DNA of 32,000 nucleotides from positions 360,001 to 392,000 of the forward strand of contig NZ_CP027570.1 in NCBI RefSeq assembly GCF_003010495.1. The letters run 5' to 3'. A program made the translations under genes and the position numbers. The stretch is from Megasphaera elsdenii DSM 20460. Lineage in GTDB: Bacteria > Bacillota > Negativicutes > Veillonellales > Megasphaeraceae. Positions 19,168-25,549 of this stretch are shown piece by piece. The notes below the pieces were generated by a model. It searched no databases. It was given only the letters and a program-made list of their open reading frames with translations, and was not told the DNA's origin. Each line of letters starts with the position of its first letter. Positions within the stretch are counted from its first letter, which is position 1.

Positions 19168-19201
19168 AAAATAGGCTGTCGCATGAAGACAGCCTATTTT
19201 T
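19168..19201. terminator. bidirectional terminator-type hairpin (conserved-apex family)
   Basis: AAAATAGGCTGTC GCATGAA GACAGCCTATTTTT. Perfect 10-bp stem ATAGGCTGTC/GACAGCCTAT, with A-tract and T-tract flanks. Confidence 0.65.
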
Positions 19202-19285
19202 GAGTATTAAGTTTGCAGTTTGTAGTTTTTAATGAATGGTTTTAAATGTAAAGCCATCTTCTTCAAACTTTCAACTTCAAACTTG

Positions 19286-19319
19286 AAAAGGAGCTGCCCC
19301 ACAGGGACAGCTCCTTTTC
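19286..19319 (-). terminator. rho-independent terminator after argH
   Basis: Stem GGAGCTGCCCC (19290-19300) pairs with GGGACAGCTCC (19304-19314): 10 bp plus one mismatch. It is followed on the minus strand by CTTTTC and starts 12 nt after the argH stop. Confidence 0.7.
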
Positions 19320-19331
19320 ATTCAATCGCTT

Positions 19332-20765
19332 TTACTTCAATAGTTCATAGACAGAGGCGACGACGTCGTTCCAGGTTTCGATCTGGGACTGTTCCCCTGT
19401 GATGGCAGCCTTGCCAGACTGACACTGGCGGGCTACGGACTGGGGCGACGTGCCGTTATATGTGTTACGCTGCTTGACGCAGGTTTCGATATCCAGGTAG
19501 TGGTGGATATCTTCTGCGAAGAGCGGGCTCATAGCCTGCAGCTCCTGCAGCGATAACTGCTGTAAGACTTTGCCCTGTTCGATGCAGTAGTGGACGGCTT
19601 TGCCGACGACGGCATGGGCTTCCCGGAAGGGCAGGCCTTTCTTGGCCAGGTAGTCGGCCATATCCGTCGCATTGGAAAAGTCGCTTTCCAGGACTTCCCG
19701 CATGTGCTTGCCATTGACGGTCATCTTGTCGATCATGGCGGCATAGATGGTCAGGGCGAACTTCAAATTATCGATGGCATCGAAGACGCCTTCTTTATCT
19801 TCCTGCATGTCCTTGTCGTAGGCCATGGGGATGCCCTTCATCATAGTCAGGACACCCATGAGATGGCCGTAGAACCGGCCTGTCTTGCCGCGGACGAGTT
19901 CGCAGATATCGGGATTCTTCTTCTGAGGCATGATGGACGAGCCCGTGCAGTGGGAATCGTCGAGTTCGATGAACTTAAATTCCGAACTGGACCAGAGGAT
20001 AAATTCTTCCGACAAGCGGCTGAGGTGCATCATCAGGACGGCAGCAAATTCCAGGAAGGCGATGATATAGTCGCGGTCGCTGACGGCATCGAGGCTGTTA
20101 TCATAAATCTTGCCGAAATGCAAGGTCTTGGCGACGAAGGGCTGGTCGAGAGGATACGTCGTGCCAGCCAGGGCGCCGGCGCCGAGGGGCATCATGTCGG
20201 CCATGTCCCAGGCATATTTCAAGTGGATGAAGTCACGGGATAGCATGGAGAAATAGGCCATGAGGTGGTGACTGAAGAGAATCGGCTGGGCCCGCTGGAG
20301 ATGGGTGTACCCCGGCATGATGACGTCGCTGTACTTTTCGGCAGCCTTGACCAGCGATTCCTGGAGCTTGACCAGGAGCTTGGCGACGGCGGCGATTTCG
20401 CGGCGGACATACATGTGCGTATCCAAGGCGACCTGGTCGTTACGGCTGCGGCCGGTATGCAGGCGCTTGCCGGCTTCGCCGATGGCATCGGTCAATCGTT
20501 TTTCGATGTTCATGTGGATATCTTCCAGTTCGACGGAGAAATCGAAATCCCCGTCTTCAATCTGCTGGAAAATGGCCTTCAGCCCCTTGACGATGGCATC
20601 TTTATCTTCCTGGGAAATGATGCCCTGTTTAGCCAGCATCGTCGCATGGGCAATGCTGCCGCAGATATCTTCAGCGTACATGCGGCAATCGAATTGGATG
20701 GATGCATTAAATTCTTCTACACTTTTATCCGTGGCCTTAGTAAAACGGCCGCCCCATAACTTCAT
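19332..20765 (-). CDS. argH: argininosuccinate lyase ArgH
   Basis: 477 aa. MKLWGGRF N-terminus and fumarate-lyase signature GSSIMPQKKNPD. AAGGAG 8 nt upstream of the ATG. Confidence 0.96.
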   Translation of the reverse strand: MKLWGGRFTKATDKSVEEFNASIQFDCRMYAEDICGSIAHATMLAKQGIISQEDKDAIVKGLKAIFQQIEDGDFDFSVELEDIHMNIEKRLTDAIGEAGKRLHTGRSRNDQVALDTHMYVRREIAAVAKLLVKLQESLVKAAEKYSDVIMPGYTHLQRAQPILFSHHLMAYFSMLSRDFIHLKYAWDMADMMPLGAGALAGTTYPLDQPFVAKTLHFGKIYDNSLDAVSDRDYIIAFLEFAAVLMMHLSRLSEEFILWSSSEFKFIELDDSHCTGSSIMPQKKNPDICELVRGKTGRFYGHLMGVLTMMKGIPMAYDKDMQEDKEGVFDAIDNLKFALTIYAAMIDKMTVNGKHMREVLESDFSNATDMADYLAKKGLPFREAHAVVGKAVHYCIEQGKVLQQLSLQELQAMSPLFAEDIHHYLDIETCVKQRNTYNGTSPQSVARQCQSGKAAITGEQSQIETWNDVVASVYELLK

Positions 20766-20777
20766 ACGAATCGCTCC

Positions 20778-22022
20778 TTATTTACCCTGTTTTTCTACGT
20801 GCTGTTTCATGAGGGCCCGCATCTTGAGCGGCAGGCCGAAGAGGTTGATGAAGCCTTCGGCATCGGTCTGATCGTATACGTCGTCTTCGCCGAAAGTGAC
20901 AAATTCTTCATTGTACAAGGAGTACGGCGACGTAGAACCAGCGCTGATGATGTTGCCCTTATAGAGTTTCAATGTGACCTGGCCGGTAACGGTCTTCTGC
21001 GTTTCATCGACGAAAGCCGACAGGGCTTCGCGAAGCGGCGAGAACCATTTGCCGTCATAGACGAGTTCGGCAAATTTATTGGCTACATTTTCTTTATAGT
21101 GGTACGTGTCGCGGTCGAGGCAGAGATATTCCAGTTCTCTGTGGGCATACATGATGATGGCACCGCCCGGGTTTTCATAGATGCCACGGCTCTTCATGCC
21201 GACCAGCCGGTTTTCGACGATATCGACGATGCCGACGCCGTTGCGGGCACCGATTTCATTGAGGGTCGTAATGAGTTCGACTGCGCCGAGTTTCTGACCG
21301 TTGACGGCAACCGGTACGCCCTGTTCGAAGTCGATCTTGACGTATTCCGGAGCATCCGGAGCCTGTTCCGGCGTCTTGGTGACCATGTAGACCATGTCTT
21401 TCGGAGCATTGGCCGGATTTTCCAGGTCATCCCCTTCGTGGCTCAAATGCCAGATGTTCCAGTCCATGCTGTACGGATAGGGGTTTTCTTCAGACTGATA
21501 GTCGATGGGGACGTTGTGGGCTTCGGCGTATTTCAGTTCATCTTCACGGGATTTGAGGTCCCACATCCGCCAGGGAGCGATGAGGGTCATTTCCGGAGCC
21601 AGGGCTTTGACAGTCAGTTCAAAACGGACCTGGTCATTGCCTTTGCCCGTAGCGCCGTGAGCGATGGCGTCAGCGCCTTCTTCCTTGGCGACTTCGACGA
21701 GTTTCTTAGAAATAAGGGGACGAGCAAAGGACGTGCCCAAGAGGTATTTTCCTTCATAAACGGCACCGGCTTTGACGGTCGGCCAAACGTATTCTTCCAT
21801 AAATTCTTTTTTGATGTCCATGACATAGACTTTGGAAGCGCCCGAAGCATAGGCTTTCTTTTCGATGGCTTCAAAGTCGTCAGGCTGGCCGACATCGGCG
21901 CAGGCAGCGATGACTTCGGCACCGGGATAGTTTTCTTTCAGCCAGGGAATGATGACCGACGTATCAAGGCCGCCGGAATAAGCCAGGACAATTTTTTTAA
22001 TATCTTTTTTCGTGTTGCTCAT
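20778..22022 (-). CDS. argG: argininosuccinate synthase ArgG
   Basis: 414 aa from the ATG at 22020-22022, with GAGGAGGA 7 nt upstream. [12 protein letters not shown]-binding motif. The 40-codon upstream extension in the track ORF runs through the promoter region and is rejected. Confidence 0.96.
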   Translation of the reverse strand: MSNTKKDIKKIVLAYSGGLDTSVIIPWLKENYPGAEVIAACADVGQPDDFEAIEKKAYASGASKVYVMDIKKEFMEEYVWPTVKAGAVYEGKYLLGTSFARPLISKKLVEVAKEEGADAIAHGATGKGNDQVRFELTVKALAPEMTLIAPWRMWDLKSREDELKYAEAHNVPIDYQSEENPYPYSMDWNIWHLSHEGDDLENPANAPKDMVYMVTKTPEQAPDAPEYVKIDFEQGVPVAVNGQKLGAVELITTLNEIGARNGVGIVDIVENRLVGMKSRGIYENPGGAIIMYAHRELEYLCLDRDTYHYKENVANKFAELVYDGKWFSPLREALSAFVDETQKTVTGQVTLKLYKGNIISAGSTSPYSLYNEEFVTFGEDDVYDQTDAEGFINLFGLPLKMRALMKQHVEKQGK

Positions 22023-22089
22023 GATGATTTCCTCCTCTATCGAATGAACCAATGCGATTGATGTGTGTTTGTTTCTGTCTACGTTTGAT

Positions 22090-22118
22090 AGTATACACCT
22101 AGTTGAAATATTATGCAA
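22090..22118 (-). promoter_or_regulatory. putative sigma-70 promoter of argG-argH
   Basis: On the minus strand: TTGCAT (22113-22118), 17-nt spacer, TATACT (22090-22095). It lies about 68 nt upstream of the argG ATG. Confidence 0.45.
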
Positions 22119-22142
22119 GTATATTGCATAAAAAATTTTCAA
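22103..22142. promoter_or_regulatory. AT-rich palindromic operator candidate (ARG-box-like) overlapping the argG -35
   Basis: Perfect inverted repeat TTATGCAA gtata TTGCATAA (22111-22131), nested in TTGAAATATT...AAAATTTTCAA. TGAAATATTATGCA (22104-22117) matches 12 of 14 positions of the ARG-box core TGAATwwwwATTCA. Confidence 0.4.
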
Positions 22143-22219
22143 ACTTTTTTTACGGCCTCGTCAATTCCCTCACCCTGCAAAGTATAGTATAATAAGGGTG
22201 TTTATGTAGGAGGAATTCC

Positions 22220-23008
22220 ATGAAACTTAAATACATTGCCATCTTTGCCCTGACCTTCGCCGTCTGTGCCGGCTGGAACCTGCTCTTTGACGCGCCGAAG
22301 ACGGCCAAGCCTGCTGTCGAGACGGCTGCCAAGCTCCAAGAAGAAAAGGAACCCCAAGGGAGCTGGCCGTCGCCGCTGCGGCCGCTGGAAATCCGGGTCT
22401 ATCCCTACCTGCACTTCCACGAAGCCATGGATAATAAAATCAAGAAAATCCCCGTCTACGTGGCCATCAGCGCCATTTCCAAGCCCATGCAGCACGCCGT
22501 CGTGGCTACGGAAGACCGCCGCTTCTACGACCACGGCGCCATCGACCCGATTGGCATCATCCGGGCCGTCCTGGTCAATATCGAATCGGGCGAAACCGTC
22601 GAAGGCGGCAGCACCATCAGCCAGCAGGTCGTCAAGAACGTCTTCCTGTCCCAGGACCGGACGATGGCCCGCAAAGCCCAGGAATTTGTCATGGCCTTCT
22701 TATTGGAACATTACTACAGCAAAGATGAAATATTGGAAATCTATTTGAATACGGCCTACTTCGGTGCCAATGCCACGGGCATCGACGATGCGGCCCGGAC
22801 GTACTTCACGACGACGCCGGAAAAACTGGACCTGGCCCAGGCCTCCCTGCTGGCCGGCCTGGTACAGGCGCCGACGTACTATAATCCCCTGAAAAATTAC
22901 GAAGGTGCCAAAGCCCGGCAGAAGACGGTCCTGACCTTGATGGCCGAACAGGGCTATATCAGCCAGGAACAAGGCGCAGAAGCCTATAAAAAAGACCTCG
23001 GACTCTGA
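22220..23008 (+). CDS. monofunctional peptidoglycan glycosyltransferase (GT51, MtgA-like)
   Basis: 262 aa. AGGAGGA 5 nt upstream of the ATG. N-terminal membrane anchor or lipoprotein-like signal (..ALTFAVCAG..). GT51 motifs EDRRFYDHGAIDP, GGSTISQQ and RKAQEF. No transpeptidase domain. Confidence 0.85.
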   Translation: MKLKYIAIFALTFAVCAGWNLLFDAPKTAKPAVETAAKLQEEKEPQGSWPSPLRPLEIRVYPYLHFHEAMDNKIKKIPVYVAISAISKPMQHAVVATEDRRFYDHGAIDPIGIIRAVLVNIESGETVEGGSTISQQVVKNVFLSQDRTMARKAQEFVMAFLLEHYYSKDEILEIYLNTAYFGANATGIDDAARTYFTTTPEKLDLAQASLLAGLVQAPTYYNPLKNYEGAKARQKTVLTLMAEQGYISQEQGAEAYKKDLGL

Positions 23009-23025
23009 GAAGTCCGGGGTCTTTT
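22996..23025. terminator. bidirectional terminator between the convergent glycosyltransferase and flavodoxin genes
   Basis: Stem CCTCGGAC (22996-23003) pairs with GTCCGGGG (23012-23019), with the TGA stop of the plus-strand gene in the loop. TCTTTT follows on the plus strand and TCTTTTTTA on the minus strand. Confidence 0.7.
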
Positions 23026-23027
23026 CG

Positions 23028-23474
23028 TCAATTTCCCTTGAGGCGGCTCACGGTATTTTTGGCGAAGGACTGGGCCTCATCGAGATGCAGGTCCTCGCCG
23101 GCCTCCGGTTCGTACATATAACGCGCTTTATCAGTCCAGGTGATATAGGTCCCGACGACACCGCTGCCAGGCTTCAGCAGCTCTACGGCACTGCGCAGGT
23201 GTTTCGACGCCTGGTCCGAATAGGGGTCGTCGTACATGGTAGTAAAGATGGCCACGTGGTCATTGGCAATTTTCTTCAACGCTTCCTGTCCCTTAGGGTC
23301 TGCCTGGTTCTCATCAATCCAAAAGCCCATGAATACGCAGTCATAATTGGAAAAATCAGACGGCATCTCATCGACGGGAACGCAAGGCGTCCCTTGCGGC
23401 AAGACCTGCACCATAGCCTGGGCAATCTGCTGTATGCGCCCTGTTTTCGAAGAATAGACGACGATGGCTTTCAT
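23028..23474 (-). CDS. flavodoxin-family protein
   Basis: 148 aa. MKAIVVYSSKTGRIQQIA N-terminus (FMN phosphate-loop type S-x-T-G). AGGAGGAG 8 nt upstream of the ATG. Confidence 0.7.
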   Translation of the reverse strand: MKAIVVYSSKTGRIQQIAQAMVQVLPQGTPCVPVDEMPSDFSNYDCVFMGFWIDENQADPKGQEALKKIANDHVAIFTTMYDDPYSDQASKHLRSAVELLKPGSGVVGTYITWTDKARYMYEPEAGEDLHLDEAQSFAKNTVSRLKGN

Positions 23475-23499
23475 AGAAACATCTCCTCCTGTATTATTT

Positions 23500-23514
23500 T
23501 GATATTAATTATCG
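23500..23514. promoter_or_regulatory. Fur-box-like 7-1-7 inverted repeat upstream of the flavodoxin gene
   Basis: TGATATT A ATTATCG (minus strand CGATAAT T AATATCA) matches 13 of 15 positions of TGATAATnATTATCA. It lies 26-40 nt upstream of the ATG in a stretch of about 25% GC. Confidence 0.4.
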
Positions 23515-23619
23515 ATTTATAACTATATATAGTATACCACAAGAGTCCGTTATTTGTCCAATAGCTAATTTATAATTTTAAGCTGAATCTTTATAGTTTA
23601 AAGTAATACGTTTAAGTAG

Positions 23620-23743
23620 AACTTCAAACATAAAAAGGGCCTGTCGCACGACGACAAGCCCTTTTTGAGTATTAAGTTTGCAGTTTGTAGTTTTTAGTGA
23701 AGGTTTTTAAATTTAAAGCTATCTTCCACTAGCCACTAACTCA
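23620..23743. repeat. composite intergenic element, copy C (one hairpin plus AGTTTG arm plus core plus TAGCCAC run)
   Basis: In order: ACTTCAAAC, hairpin (23632-23666), GAGTATTA, AGTTTGC AGTTTGT AGTTTTT, ..GGTTTTTAAATTTAAAGCTATC.., then CTTCCAC TAGCCAC TAACTCA. About 90% identical to copy B over about 65 nt. Confidence 0.7.
23632..23666 (-). terminator. terminator after the D-lactate dehydrogenase gene (conserved-apex hairpin family)
   Basis: AAAAAGGGCCTGTCG CACGA CGACAAGCCCTTTTT. 9 of 10 stem positions pair, with A5 and T5 flanks. Confidence 0.7.
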
Positions 23744-23744
23744 T

Positions 23745-25145
23745 CTAGTTTTCTTCAATGACTTTGCCCGGGTTGAGAATCCATTTCGGGTCGACGGCCC
23801 GTTTGATGGTCTTCATGAGGTCCAGTTCAGCCGGATCCGTATATTCTTCCATGTATTTCAGGCGTTTCAAGCCGATGCCGTGTTCACCGGACAGGCGGCC
23901 GCCTAAGCCGTAAACGTATTTATAGGCTTTGGCACGAAATTCTTTCAACTGTTTTTCCCAGTCTTCGTCGCTCATATCGCATTTGAGGATCTGGAAGTGG
24001 AGGTTGCCATCACCGGCATGGGCCAGGCAGAAGACGCGGAAATCGTAATTCTGGCTTTCTTTGACCAAGGTCTGGATGCAGTCGGCGATTTTCGTGACCG
24101 GAACGACCAAATCTTCTGACGTGGCGACTTTCGAGAAGACACGCGTGCTTTCCAGGCAGTTGCGGCGGACTTTCCAGACGCGGTCGTCGGCTTCGACGAT
24201 GTCCGTAGCTCCACATTCTTCACAGACAGCGGCCAACTTTTCCATCTTGTCGTCCAGTTCATCTTCATTAAAGGTTTCGATGGAGATGATGTCATAGCAG
24301 CCATCTTCATAATGAGGCAGTTTCAAGTCGCTGTAATCGCTGGCGCTGCGGACGAAGTTGTTGTCCATAAATTCGACAGACGTCGGGTTGAGGCCGGCTT
24401 TAATCAGTTTCGGTACCAGTGCCGTCGCCTTGGCCAGGTCGGTAAAGACAGCCAGGACGTCGAGCTTATACGGCGGCAAGGGGACGAGTTTCAACGTCGC
24501 TTTCGTGATGATACCCAAAGTCCCTTCAGAACCGATGATGAGCTGGTCCAGGCAGAAGCCGGTCGAGCACTTCTTCAAGGTAGCGCCGAGGTTGACGATC
24601 TTGCCCGTCGGCAGGACGGCTTCGATGGAATAGACCTGATGGCGCGTCGTACCATAGCGGACGGCCTTGTTGCCGCCGGCGTTGGTAGCCAGGTTGCCGC
24701 CGATGAGGCAGCTGTCGGAACTGCAGGGGTCGCCGGCATAGAGCAGACCTTTTTCGTGGGCTGCATTCTGGATGTCGATAGTGCGGACGCCGGCTTCGAC
24801 GGTCATATACATGCCATCTTCATTCAATTCGATGATGTGGTTCATCCGTTCCATGAGCAGAACGATGCCCTTATAAGCCGGGACGGCGCCGCAGCTGACG
24901 CTGGTACCGGCACTGCGCGGCGTGACCGGGACGTCGAAGCGGTTGGCAATCTTCATGATTTCCGAGACTTCCTGCGTATTGGCCGGCAGGACGACGACTT
25001 CCGGCGTCTTCCAGAAAGACGGTGCCAGGCTTTCGTCCGATTTATAGACATCCAGGACATCTGCATCGGTCTTGACATATTTATCGCCGACGACAGCTTT
25101 CAATGCGTCGATAACTTCAGCTGTAACTGGATTGTATTCTTTCAT
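23745..25145 (-). CDS. FAD-linked oxidase, GlcD / D-lactate dehydrogenase family
   Basis: 466 aa from the ATG at 25143-25145, with AAAGGGG upstream. PCMH-type FAD-binding N-domain (..PRSAGTSVSCGAVP..) and C-terminal FAD-oxidase domain ending ..GEHGIGLKR..DP..ILNPGK. The 30-codon extension in the track is rejected. Confidence 0.85.
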   Translation of the reverse strand: MKEYNPVTAEVIDALKAVVGDKYVKTDADVLDVYKSDESLAPSFWKTPEVVVLPANTQEVSEIMKIANRFDVPVTPRSAGTSVSCGAVPAYKGIVLLMERMNHIIELNEDGMYMTVEAGVRTIDIQNAAHEKGLLYAGDPCSSDSCLIGGNLATNAGGNKAVRYGTTRHQVYSIEAVLPTGKIVNLGATLKKCSTGFCLDQLIIGSEGTLGIITKATLKLVPLPPYKLDVLAVFTDLAKATALVPKLIKAGLNPTSVEFMDNNFVRSASDYSDLKLPHYEDGCYDIISIETFNEDELDDKMEKLAAVCEECGATDIVEADDRVWKVRRNCLESTRVFSKVATSEDLVVPVTKIADCIQTLVKESQNYDFRVFCLAHAGDGNLHFQILKCDMSDEDWEKQLKEFRAKAYKYVYGLGGRLSGEHGIGLKRLKYMEEYTDPAELDLMKTIKRAVDPKWILNPGKVIEEN

Positions 25146-25223
25146 TGTAAGAACCCCTTTACTTTTTAACGAAAATGGAACTATCATTTCACCTATTGCA
25201 ACTTTTTCTCGTGAATTATGAAT

Positions 25224-25252
25224 ATTATAGTACACAAGGCGCCATTTGTCTT
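25224..25252 (-). promoter_or_regulatory. putative sigma-70 promoter of the D-lactate dehydrogenase gene
   Basis: On the minus strand: AAGACA (25247-25252), 17-nt spacer, TATAAT (25224-25229). It lies downstream of the larA terminator hairpin. Confidence 0.4.
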
Positions 25253-25341
25253 GGAAATTATAAAAAAAAGATATATAGTTTAGTCATTTTATACCATGCA
25301 ATAAAGTTATGTAAAAGGTAAAACGTATAACCGTAGGGAAT

Positions 25342-25378
25342 AAAAAAAGGCACTGTCGCATGAAGACAGTGCCTTTTT
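25342..25378 (-). terminator. terminator after larA (conserved-apex hairpin family)
   Basis: A7, then GGCACTGTC GCATGAA GACAGTGCC, then T5. Perfect 9-bp stem. Flanked by CCGTAGGG direct repeats at 25331-25338 and 25379-25386. Confidence 0.7.
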
Positions 25379-25380
25379 CC

Positions 25381-25512
25381 GTAGGGGGTCGCCTAAAAGG
25401 CGCCCCGCTGTGAATCGTGGATAAAATCATCCGGGGATATGATAGCAGGATGTTTCCACCCATCACCTACGGGATTCCCACAAGCGGGCCGCCTTAACAG
25501 GACGGCCCCTAC
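25381..25512. repeat. REPIN-like inverted doublet of GTAG-headed GC-rich hairpins
   Basis: Plus strand: GTAGGGGGTCGCCTAAAAGGCGCCCCGCTGTGAATCGTGG (25381-25420). Minus strand: GTAGGGGCCGTCCTGTTAAGGCGGCCCGCTTGTGGGAATCCCGTAGG (25512 down to 25466). Each has a GTAG head, an 8-bp GC stem and a shared GCT(T)GTG..AATC tail. Confidence 0.6.
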
Positions 25513-25549
25513 GACCATTAGCCGTTAGCCACGAGCCACCGGCCCCTAC
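25503..25549. repeat. 10-bp direct repeat CGGCCCCTAC x2 bracketing a heptamer run
   Basis: CGGCCCCTAC occurs at 25503-25512 and 25540-25549. Between them, and running into the second repeat, lie CATTAGC CGTTAGC CACGAGC CACCGGC. The second repeat contains the larA stop codon (minus strand GTAAG TAG GGGCCG). Confidence 0.65.

Larger units (their letters stand above)
19167..19319. repeat. composite palindromic intergenic element, copy B (complete)
   Basis: In order: hairpin (19168-19201), GAGTATTA, AGTTTGC AGTTTGT AGTTTTT, central palindrome ATGGTTTTAAATGTAAAGCCAT (19236-19257), CAAACTT TCAACTT CAAACTT, and hairpin (19286-19319). Positions 19197-19231 are identical to 23662-23696. Confidence 0.7.

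Noticed and set aside
22023-22142. N-terminal extensions in the ORF track for argG (to 22142), the D-LDH gene (to 25235), larA (to 26883), lpxK (to 11521), msbA (to 14630) and lpxA (to 17518).
   Set aside because: The extensions run through promoter, terminator or repeat DNA, or overlap the upstream gene. Several begin at GTG or TTG without an SD. Internal ATGs have GGAGG-type SD sites at 5-9 nt and restore family-typical N-termini.
22160-22193. Promoter for the plus-strand glycosyltransferase gene (TATAGT/TATAAT at 22183-22193).
   Set aside because: The -10 candidates are good, but no acceptable -35 lies at 16-18 nt (GTCAAT or TTCCCT only). It is not listed as a feature.
25381-25545. Riboswitch or structured ncRNA between larA and the D-LDH gene.
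   Set aside because: The structure is explained by two inverted copies of a repeat unit. It lies upstream of a terminator in the larA 3' UTR rather than in a 5' leader. No known riboswitch core was recognised.
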